Below, one piece after another: positions 51,822 through 64,000 of a stretch of DNA of 64,000 bases (position 1 is the first letter of the stretch; each line of letters opens with the position of its first letter). The notes under the pieces are model-generated. The model searched no databases and was not told where the DNA came from. It saw nothing but the letters and a program-made list of their open reading frames with translations. The DNA is taken from positions 37,279 to 101,278 of the forward strand of contig CAWGVJ010000004.1 of the NCBI GenBank assembly GCA_963826005.1, given 5' to 3'. This DNA comes from an uncultured Solirubrobacterales bacterium (GTDB taxonomy: Bacteria > Actinomycetota > Thermoleophilia > Solirubrobacterales > JBBDJG01). The position numbers were made by a program, and so were the translations under genes.

Positions 51822-53248
51822 CCGCACCCCTGACTCCCGACATCGCCCGCGCGAATCCGAACCGCACCCTCGGCATCCTGGTGCTCGGCGCGATCTCGTA
51901 CGCGCTCGCCCAGACGATGATCATCCCGGCGCTGCCGGCGATCCAGCACGATCTCGGCGCCTCGCAGGAGGCCGCCACATGGCTGCTCACCGCCTTCCTG
52001 CTGACGTCGAGCGTCTGCACACCGTTGCTCGGCCGCCTCGGCGACATGTACGGCAAGGAGAAGGTCCTGCTGGCCGCGCTCGGCGTCTTCGCGCTCGGCT
52101 CGCTGGTCTGTGCGATCGGCAACTCGATCGGCGTGCTGATCCTGGGCCGGGCGATCCAGGGAACGGCCGGGGCGGTCTTCCCGCTCGCCTTCGGGATCAT
52201 CCGGGACGAGTTCCCGCGCGAGCGCGTGGCGACCTCGATCGGCCTGATCTCCGCGACCTTCGGCATCGGAGGCGGACTCGGACTCGTGCTGGCCGGGGTG
52301 ATCGTCGACCACCTCTCCATCCAGTGGATCTTCTGGTCATCGGTGCTGGTGACCACCATCGCCGCATGGGCGACGTGGCGCTTCGTGCCGGAGTCGCCGG
52401 TGCGCGTGCAGGCGAAGATCGACTGGCTCGGCGCCGCGCTGATGTCACTCGCGCTGGGATCGCTGCTGCTCGGCGTCTCGCAGGGCAACTCGTGGGGCTG
52501 GGGCTCGGCCGGCGTGCTCGGCCTGTTCGGGGCCGCGGCCTTCTTCGGCACCCTGTTCATCGCGGTCGAGCGACGGGTGCCCGAGCCGATGGTCGACATG
52601 CAGCTGATGTCGAGGCGCCCGGTGTGGTCGACGAACCTCACGGCGTTCGCGATCGGCTTCGCGATGTTCGGCTCCTACGTGCTGATCCCGCAGCTGGTCG
52701 AGCTGCCGGCGGTCACCGGCTACGGCTTCGCGAAGACCACCACCGTCGCGGGCCTGGTGCTGCTGCCGAGCGCCCTCGTCATGCTCGGAGCGGGACCGCT
52801 GTCGGGCTGGCTGGGGCTGCGCTTCGGCTCCCGCCTGCCACTCGCGCTGGGAGCTGCCTTCGCGGCGCTGGCCTACGTCTGGCTCGCGCTCTTCCACGAG
52901 ACCTTGGCCGAGATCGCGGTCGGGGGCCTCCTGGTCGGCATCGGCATCGGCCTCGCGTTCGCGGCGATGGCAAACCTCGTGGTCGAGGCCGTCCGGCCCG
53001 ACCAGACCGGTGTCGCGACGGGAATCAACACGATCATGCGCTCGATCGGCGGCTCGGTCGGGGCGCAGATCGCTGCGGCGATCCTTGCCGGCAACCAGAT
53101 CCTCGGCGGCCGCTACCCGGCCGAGAGCGGTTTCACGGATGCGTTCGTGATGAGCGCCGTCGCAGCCTGTGTGGCCTTGGTGGCCACCTCGCTCATCCCG
53201 CGGCACGCGCCCCACCGCATCCCTGTACCACTCGGCTCCGAGGCCTGA
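51818..53248 (+). CDS. MFS transporter, DHA2 (14-TM drug:H+ antiporter) type
   Basis: 476-aa ORF with an ATGA overlap with marR. Motif A-like LLGRLGDMYGKEKV and about 14 hydrophobic helices. Confidence 0.9.
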   Translation: MTAPLTPDIARANPNRTLGILVLGAISYALAQTMIIPALPAIQHDLGASQEAATWLLTAFLLTSSVCTPLLGRLGDMYGKEKVLLAALGVFALGSLVCAIGNSIGVLILGRAIQGTAGAVFPLAFGIIRDEFPRERVATSIGLISATFGIGGGLGLVLAGVIVDHLSIQWIFWSSVLVTTIAAWATWRFVPESPVRVQAKIDWLGAALMSLALGSLLLGVSQGNSWGWGSAGVLGLFGAAAFFGTLFIAVERRVPEPMVDMQLMSRRPVWSTNLTAFAIGFAMFGSYVLIPQLVELPAVTGYGFAKTTTVAGLVLLPSALVMLGAGPLSGWLGLRFGSRLPLALGAAFAALAYVWLALFHETLAEIAVGGLLVGIGIGLAFAAMANLVVEAVRPDQTGVATGINTIMRSIGGSVGAQIAAAILAGNQILGGRYPAESGFTDAFVMSAVAACVALVATSLIPRHAPHRIPVPLGSEA

Positions 53249-54801
53249 TGGGCGCCGGGCTGCCGCGCGACGTCCGCCGGATCGCGGTCGTGGTGATCAT
53301 CGGCGCCGTCATGTCGATCCTCGACGCGACGATCGTGAACGTGGCGCTGCAGACCCTGCGGATCGACCTGGGAGCGCCGCTGTCGACCATCCAGTGGGTG
53401 AGCACCGGGTACCTGCTCGCACTCGCGACCGCGATCCCGCTGACCGGCTGGGCCGCCGAGCGCTTCGGCCCGAAGCGGGTCTGGATGACCGCCGTCGCCG
53501 CCTTCGTCGTGACCAGCGGCCTCTGCGGCCTGGCGTGGAGCACCGAGTCGCTGATCGGCTTCCGCGTGCTCCAGGGCTTCGCCGGCGGCATGATCATGCC
53601 GATCGGGATGATCACGCTGGCGCAGGCAGCGGGACCGGGCCATATGGGTCGCGTGATGAGCATCGTCGGCGTGCCGATGCTGCTGGCGCCGGTGCTCGGT
53701 CCCGTGATCGGGGGGGCGATCGTCCAGAACCTGTCGTGGCGGTGGATCTTCTTCGTGAACCTGCCCGTCGGGATCGCCGGACTGCTGCTCGCGCGCCGCC
53801 TGCTGCCCTCCGGTCGCGCCGTCGGCCGTTCCGCGGCCGACGGGCACGAGCACCCGGTGCTGGACTGGCGCGGGCTCGCACTCCTCTCCCCCGGGGTCGC
53901 CGCAATCGTCTTCGGCATCTCGGAGTACGGCGCGCATCGCACGCTTTCGGTGGTGAGCGCGTGGCTGCCGCTCGTCCTCGGGTCGCTGGCCGTGCTCGCC
54001 TTCGTCATCTACGGGTTGCACACGCGCTACCCGATCGTCGACGTCGGGCTGTTTCGCTCGGGCGGCTTCGCGGCGGCGGGCGCGACGGTGTTCCTCACCG
54101 GCATCGCCCTCTTCGGCTCGATGATCCTGCTGCCGCTCTACTACCAGATCGCGCGCGGCGAATCGCCGCTGATCGCGGGCCTGCTCATCGCTCCCCAGGG
54201 GCTCGGCGCCGTGATCGGGATGAACCTCGGCGGCCGCGCGACCGACCGCTACGGCGGGGGCAGAGTGGTGATCGTCGGCCTGCTGTTCCTGATCGGCGGC
54301 ACGGCAATCCTCACGCAGGTCGGTGCGAACACGTCGTACTGGCTGGTCGGTGGTGCGCTGGTGCTGCGCGGGATCGGGCTGGGCGGCGCGATGATGCCGG
54401 CGATGGCCGCGGCGTACGCAACGCTGAAGCGCAGTCAGGTGCCGCGGGCGACGCCGGCCCTGAACGTGCTGCAGCGCGTCGGAGGGTCGATCGGGGCCGC
54501 GCTGCTCATCGTGATCCTGCAGAACCGGATCATCTCGTCGCTGGGCGAAGGTGCGCAGGGCGGAGTGTCGGGCGGCGCGCTGCCCGACGCGGCGCGCACG
54601 CGCGTGGCCGAACCGCTGGCCGAAGCCTTCGCGCACACGTTCTGGTACGCGCTCGCGCTGTCGGTGGCGGCGCTGATCCCGGCCCTGTTCCTGGTGTCCG
54701 AGGAGCGCAAGACGCGCCGGCGGGCAGCCGGGCTGTCGGCGGCCGAGGCCGAGGTCGGCGTCCATCCCGAGACACGCCCGTCGCCTGTCGTCGCCTCGTG
54801 A
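53248..54801 (+). CDS. second MFS transporter, DHA2 type
   Basis: ATG 53248 (TGATG overlap) in ORF 51754..54801 gives 517 aa. ILDATIVNVAL, typical of EmrB/QacA-type transporters. Confidence 0.9.
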   Translation: MGAGLPRDVRRIAVVVIIGAVMSILDATIVNVALQTLRIDLGAPLSTIQWVSTGYLLALATAIPLTGWAAERFGPKRVWMTAVAAFVVTSGLCGLAWSTESLIGFRVLQGFAGGMIMPIGMITLAQAAGPGHMGRVMSIVGVPMLLAPVLGPVIGGAIVQNLSWRWIFFVNLPVGIAGLLLARRLLPSGRAVGRSAADGHEHPVLDWRGLALLSPGVAAIVFGISEYGAHRTLSVVSAWLPLVLGSLAVLAFVIYGLHTRYPIVDVGLFRSGGFAAAGATVFLTGIALFGSMILLPLYYQIARGESPLIAGLLIAPQGLGAVIGMNLGGRATDRYGGGRVVIVGLLFLIGGTAILTQVGANTSYWLVGGALVLRGIGLGGAMMPAMAAAYATLKRSQVPRATPALNVLQRVGGSIGAALLIVILQNRIISSLGEGAQGGVSGGALPDAARTRVAEPLAEAFAHTFWYALALSVAALIPALFLVSEERKTRRRAAGLSAAEAEVGVHPETRPSPVVAS

Positions 54802-54830
54802 GCACGCTCCGCCACGTAGACTCAGCCGTC

Positions 54831-56168
54831 ATGGCCCTTACCCGTCCCAGGACCCACTACGCCAAGAGCGGCGATGTCAGCATCGCTTACCAGGCATTCG
54901 GCAAGGGCCCGTTCGACCTGGTCGAGATCCCCGGTTTCATATCGAACGTCGAGCTGAACTGGGAGCAGCCGACACGGCGATACGCGCTCGAGAACTCCGC
55001 CTCCTATGCCCGCACGATCATCATGGACAAGCGCGGCACGGGGCTGTCCGACCCGTGCATCGGCGTACCGACGCTGGAGCAGCGCATCGCCGACCTCAAG
55101 GCGGTGCTCGACGAGGTCGGGTCGGAGCGTGTGGCGCTCTTCGGTATCTCGGAAGGCGGGCCGATGGCGCTGCTCTTCGCCGCGACCTACCCGGAGCGGA
55201 CCGAGGCGCTCGTGCTGTACGGGACGAGCCCGCGCTTCAGCGCCGGCCCCGACTGGCCCTGGGGCTGGTCGGAGGCCGATCGCGAGCAGATGTGGCGCGA
55301 GATCGACGAGTCATGGGGAGAGGGGGCGCTGGCCGATCTCTTCATGCCGAGCCTGGCCGACGATCCGGAGGCACGCGCGGCATGGGGTCAGATGCAGCGT
55401 GCCTGCGCAAGCCCCGGGATGGCCAAGTCCCTGCTGCAGGCGGCAGCCGAGATCGACGTGCGCGAACTGCTGCCCACCGTGCAGGCGCCGACACTCGTGA
55501 TGCACATGAAAGGCGAGCGAGTCGCGCGGGTGGAGGGCGCGCGCTACATCGCGGAGAACGTCGCCAACGGAAAGATCATCGAGTTCGAGGGCGAGGATCA
55601 CCTCGGCCCGATGTTCGGCGGCATCGAGCCGCTCGTGGACGCGACCGAGGAGTTCCTGACCGGCCACCGCCGCGGTGGACGCAGCGACCGCATGCTGGCG
55701 ACGATCATGTTCACCGACATCGTCGACTCGACCAAGTACGCCTCCGAGCTTGGCGACCGCCGCTGGCGCGACCTGCTCGAGCGACACGACCGCACCGTCC
55801 GGGCTGAGCTGGCGCGGTTCGCCGGCCGCGAGGTCAAGACGATGGGCGACGGCTTCCTCGCCACCTTCGACGGGCCGGCCCGCGGGATCGAGTGCGCGTG
55901 CTCGATCCGGGATTCAATGCGCCCGCTCGACGTGCAGATCCGCGCAGGCCTGCACACCGGGGAGTGCGAAGTGATCGGCGACGACGTCGGTGGCATCGCC
56001 GTCAACATCGGCGCTCGCGTCGGCGCGAAAGCGGGCCCGGGCGAGGTGCTCGTGTCACGCACGGTCACCGATCTGGTCGCGGGATCGGGGCTGGAGTTCG
56101 AGTCGCGCGGATCCCACGAGCTGAAGGGCGTGCCGGGCGAATGGCAGCTGTTTTCCGTCAGATCCTGA
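54831..56168 (+). CDS. alpha/beta-hydrolase domain fused to class III adenylate/guanylate cyclase
   Basis: ATG 54831 in ORF 53169..56168 gives 445 aa. GISEGG nucleophile elbow. Cyclase motifs FTDIVDST and KTMGDGFLATF. Confidence 0.9.
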   Translation: MALTRPRTHYAKSGDVSIAYQAFGKGPFDLVEIPGFISNVELNWEQPTRRYALENSASYARTIIMDKRGTGLSDPCIGVPTLEQRIADLKAVLDEVGSERVALFGISEGGPMALLFAATYPERTEALVLYGTSPRFSAGPDWPWGWSEADREQMWREIDESWGEGALADLFMPSLADDPEARAAWGQMQRACASPGMAKSLLQAAAEIDVRELLPTVQAPTLVMHMKGERVARVEGARYIAENVANGKIIEFEGEDHLGPMFGGIEPLVDATEEFLTGHRRGGRSDRMLATIMFTDIVDSTKYASELGDRRWRDLLERHDRTVRAELARFAGREVKTMGDGFLATFDGPARGIECACSIRDSMRPLDVQIRAGLHTGECEVIGDDVGGIAVNIGARVGAKAGPGEVLVSRTVTDLVAGSGLEFESRGSHELKGVPGEWQLFSVRS

Positions 56169-56189
56169 CGCCGCGCTAACGTCGCAGCC

Positions 56190-57531
56190 GTGGCCGCGCC
56201 CCGCGCGAGATTCGTCCCTCGGGAGGTCGGGCCCGCGACGATCGGCGTCCTGGTCGGCGCCCAGGCCGTCCTGTGGATCGTTGCACGGCCCGCCGGAGAG
56301 CCAACCGCGAGCTACGTCGGGCAGCTGCTGGGCGCCGAGGCAATCCTGCTGCTGTCGATCGGGCTCGTGCTCATCAGCACGCTGCCATGGGTGGAGCAGT
56401 GGTTCGACGGGATCGACCGCGCGGCCGTGTGGCATCGCCGTGTCGCGATCACCGGTCTCGTCCTGCTGGCGCCGCACGTGTTGCTGTCGTCCAACCCGGA
56501 CGGCACCGCGCTTGGTGCGCCGCTCGGCGTCATCGGCGCGATCGGCCTGGCGAGCGCTCGCGCTGTGGGCGATCCTCCCGCGATGGCAGTCGGTGGTGCC
56601 GGCGCCGCTGCGGGGCCTCGTGCTCGCCGCGCGCGATGCACCGATCGTGCGCGACGTTCGCCGCATCTTCGGCGGCTACGAGCGCTGGCGTGCGCTGCAT
56701 CGCACCACGGGACTGTTCGTCGCCGCGGGCTTCGCGCATGGTGTGCTCGACGGCACGCCGTTCGGCGACGCGCCGGTCTTGCGCTGGAGCTACGTGGCGG
56801 TCGGCGCTATCGGGGTGGGGTTCTATGTCTACCGCGAGCTGCTCGCGCGCTTCTTCCTGTCGCTGCACGATTACCAGGTGGACACGGTCCGTGAGATCGA
56901 CGACGGTCTCGTGGAGATCGTGATGTGCCCGATCGGCCGGCACGTCGATTTCGTGCCGGGCCAATTCGCGATGGTCTACCTCGAAGCAAAGGACGGCTGG
57001 CACCGGCACCCGTTCACGATCTCCAGTGCTCCGCAGGAGGGCGTCGTCCGCGTCACGGTCAAGGCACTCGGCGATTACACGTCGCGCCTGCAGGAGCTGA
57101 TCGAGCCGGGTATGCCCGCGGTCATCGGCGGCCCCCATGGGCGCTTCAGCCATTGGAAGGGGACAGACCGGCAGGTATGGATCGCCGGCGGCGTGGGCGT
57201 CGCTCCGTTTCTCAGCTGGCTGCGCGCACTCGACGGTCATCTGCCGCATCGCGTGGACTTCTTCTACACCGGCGCCGGCGAGGCGCCCTTCGCCGATGAG
57301 ATCCGTGGGATCGCCGACCGCCACGAATCGCTGCACGCGCATCTGATCGACACGAGCGTCGACGAGCGCCTGACACCCGAGCGCGTCCTCGCCGTCGCCG
57401 ATGGCGATCGGCGCGAGCTGTCGGTCTTCATGTGCGGTCCACAGGGAATGCTGCGCAGCTTCCACTCTCAGCTGCGGCTCTCGGGCGTGCCGGCCAAGCG
57501 CATCCACCGCGAGTCTTTCGACTGGCGCTGA
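56190..57531 (+). pseudogene. ferric-reductase-like transmembrane protein with FAD/NAD(P)-binding domain, one frame change near 56555
   Basis: GTG 56190 (ORF 56190..56894) joins ORF 56281..57531. HPFTISS (FAD) and GGVGVAPF (NAD) motifs. Confidence 0.8.
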
Positions 57532-57566
57532 CAGTCCGTAGGCCAAAGCCGGGATACTGACCGTCG

Positions 57567-58404
57567 ATGTGCCGCTGGAACGCCTATATCGGCCAGCCCC
57601 TCCTGCTCGACGAGCTGCTGTTCCGCACGCAGCACGGGCTGATCGACCAGAGCCTGCACTCGCGCATGGGCGCGGAGACCACGAACGGGGACGGCTTCGG
57701 CCTCGGCTGGTACGTGACCGGCATGGAAGACGCCCCCGGCCGCTACCGCAGCGTCGAGCCGGCGTGGAACGACGCCAACCTGCGTGATCTCGCGCGGCAC
57801 ATCGAGTCGCCGCTCTTCCTCGCGCACATCCGGGCGGCCGTCGGGAGCCCCGTGCAGCAGACCAACTGCCACCCGTTCCGTCACGGCCGCTGGCTGTTCG
57901 TGCACAACGGCCTCCTGCACGGCTTCCATGACATGCACAGGGACCTCGTGCTCGCGATCGAGCCGTCGCTCTTCGGCGCGGTCGCCGGCTCGACCGACTC
58001 CGAGGTGCTCTTCTATCTCGCGCTCACGTTCGGGCTCGAGCAGGACCCGATCGGGGCGGTCGAGCGGGCGGTGGGGTTCGTCGAGGCGACCGCCGCAGCG
58101 GCATGGCATCGAGCACCCCGTGCAGATGACGCTGGGCTTCAGCGACGGCGAGCGGCTGTGGGGCGTGCGCTACTCGACCGAGCACGACTCGCGCAGCCTG
58201 TTCGTGTCACAGGACGTGAGCGCGCTGCGAAAGCTCCACCCCGACAACCCGCGGCTGCAGCAGTTGAGCGACGCCGACCACGCGATCGTCTCGGAGCCGC
58301 TCGGGGACCTGCCGGGAGCGTGGCTCGAGGTGCCCGAGTCGACCGCGCTCGTGATCGAGGCGGGAGCGCACGAGCAGGTGCCGTTCCGCCCGTCTCGTAG
58401 CTGA
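57567..58404 (+). pseudogene. class II (Ntn) glutamine amidotransferase, one frame change near 58100
   Basis: N-terminal nucleophile MCRW. ORF 57567..58400 switches to ORF 57784..58404 after ...VGFVEATAA. Confidence 0.8.
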
Positions 58405-58409
58405 TCCCG

Positions 58410-62167
<3,758 letters not shown>

Positions 62168-62175
<8 letters not shown>

Positions 62176-63967
62176 GGATTACCTCCCGTGCGATCGTGAT
62201 GGAGCGGGCGAAGATCCGGCTCAGCGCGTGCGCGAGCTCCTCCGCGGGCCGGTCAACCGCGCCCAAGCTGCGCCATGCGACGAAGCGGTCCGGGCGGACC
62301 AGGATGGCGCCCCCGGGGCCGATCTCGCGGTGACGCAGCCAGGTGCAACGCGGATCGTAGAGGTCGCCGTCCAGGTGTCCGATCCGCACGGCGTCGAGCG
62401 GCAGATCGGTCTCCGCGGCGAGCTGCAGAGCCGCGTCACACCAAGCGTCGCCCTCTTCGCCCGCGATCAGCAGGAAGCGGCCGGGAGCGACCAGGTCCTT
62501 GATCGGCCGGCGCTTTCCGTCCTCGTCGTCGATCCATGCATGGGGCAGCGGCGTGCCCGGCCGCGTGGAAGGCCGGTAGACGCGGATGTCGTCGATCGGG
62601 TCCGGTGCACGGGTGTCGTCCGGCACCACGGCCGCCGACTCGTACGTGTAGCCGAACTCGACGTTGAGCTCGCCGAACTCCATCGACTGGGCGCGCATGG
62701 CGCGCAATACGTTGCTGCGGTGCTCCGCGTCCTCGGGGCGCCCGCTCCACATGCGACGCAGGTTCGCCCAGTTCTCCTCCGGCGTGTTGTCGTGCGAGAC
62801 GCCGAGCAGGTCGCCGATCACGAAGTGGTTGACGGCGTTCTCGAGCGAGCGCTGCGCGTTGCGCTCGTCCGCGGAGCGCCGCTCCGGCTCGTAGGTCTCG
62901 AGCAGTTCGGGCGATGCGTAGCCGGCGAGTACCGCCGCGATCTTCCAGCAGATGTTCTGAGCGTCATGGATGGCACTTGTCAGCCCGAGTCCACCCGTCG
63001 GGGGGTGGCGGTGCGCGGCATCGCCGAGCAGGAACACCCGCCCGGCGCTGAACGCCGAAGCCATCACCGCGTCGACCGACCACCGGGTGATCTTGTGGAC
63101 GTCCATCGGGACGTCGGGCAGGCCGATCGCCTCGCGCACGTCCGCCTCGACCTGCTCGTCCGACTGCGCGCGCGGGTCGTTGACCGGATAGTTGATGTGG
63201 ATGACCCACTCCTCGGAGTCCGGCCCCCAGCGCTCGGGCCCCATCGGGACCATCACTACCATGACCCCCGTCTGTGGCGAGAAGATCCAGCGGATCAGGA
63301 CGTCCGGGTCCTCGGCCCAGGCGGAGAAGTCTGCGCCCACGTGCAGGGTGGCGGTCTCCGTGACGACACCAAGTCCCTCGTAGGTCACGCCCACCTCCTG
63401 GGCGACGCGGCGCCCGCCGTCGGCGCCCAGCAGGTACCGGCACCGCACGGAGTATTCGCGCTCGGCGTCGTGGTCGCGCACGCGGGCGGTCACGCCGTCG
63501 TCGTCCTGCTCCAGGCCCAGCAGCTCGTGGTTGAAGCGGATGCTGCCGGGAGACAGCTCCTCGGCGCGCGCCTTGAGCAGCGGCTCGAGGCGAATCTGGG
63601 GAAGGTTGAGCTGATGCCACGCGCTCGCGGCGCGCCAGTTCTCGTCTTGCCCACCGGCCCCCCAGCACTCGAGCCTGGCGAGGCGCCGCCCGTAGTCGTC
63701 CTCAGGACCGGCGAACCCTGCGTAGAACGCGGTGGCCGCCATCTGATGTGCCGGGGTACTGCGCTGCGCGATGGCATCCGCGACCCCCACGTCCTCGAGG
63801 ATCTCCATCGCACGCTGATTGAGGACGTGAGCCTTCGGCAGATCGGACGTCCCGGGCCGTGCGCTGATCAACAGGTGATCGACCCCCTGGCGGGCAAGCA
63901 GCATGGACGAGGTGAGGCCGGCTCCGCCCCCGCCCACGATCAGTACAGGAACTTCGACGTCGTACAT
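62168..63967 (-). CDS. FAD-dependent aromatic hydroxylase (phenol / dichlorophenol monooxygenase-like)
   Basis: ATG 63967 after GAGGAGGGG (M9 of ORF 62168..63991). GGGGAGL dinucleotide fold, GADGGRR, and LLGDAAHRHPPTGGLG. Confidence 0.9.
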
Positions 63968-64000
63968 GTGCCCCTCCTCGCTCGGTCTCAAAGATTGGAG

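Noticed and set aside
51754-56168. 1015-aa (51754..54801) and 999-aa (53169..56168) ORFs as single proteins
   Set aside because: Only the C-terminal parts are real (the second MFS from 53248 and the hydrolase-cyclase from 54831). The N-terminal parts are alternative-frame overlaps of the preceding genes.

Overview
High-GC (~70%), gene-dense chromosomal segment. Composition, a Cheo-type SOS box, several leaderless-looking starts and an initiator tRNA with C1:U72 suggest an Actinomycetota or Thermoleophilia-like genome, but that is inference only. I call about 66 protein genes and 2 tRNAs (Leu-UAA and initiator Met). I found no rRNA, CRISPR array, transposase or integrase. Left to right the window holds: an S8 protease, Usp, and a sigma factor fused to an anti-sigma domain; small-molecule enzymes; an SOS-box-controlled imuB-dnaE2 mutagenesis cassette; patatin; a divergent cluster (cysteine-dioxygenase-like and amidohydrolase facing beta-carbonic anhydrase and SBP56); an XRE-nucleotidyltransferase pair beside the initiator tRNA; Lhr helicase; a class I aldolase and two phosphofructokinases; a LOG-PLD-GNAT operon; two secreted proteins that share an unnamed C-terminal domain; a sugar ABC transporter; a MarR plus two MFS genes; a LipJ-like hydrolase-cyclase; and an aromatic-catabolism cluster. 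Many adjacent genes are coupled by 4-nt start/stop overlaps (GTGA, ATGA, TTGA). The dominant oddity is that 21 genes can only be read by changing frame, although their motifs are intact and no nonsense codons appear. I think most of these are indel consensus errors, but the uneven distribution leaves real pseudogenisation open. I did not find one clear novel system. The most interesting candidates are the imuA-less mutasome cassette with two small coupled ORFs, the shared four-Cys C-terminal module, a PHM/Nod19-like secreted protein, the carbonic anhydrase-SBP56 operon, and an unassigned, strongly structured 406-nt spacer between convergent genes. All family assignments come from motifs read by eye. 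No database search was run.
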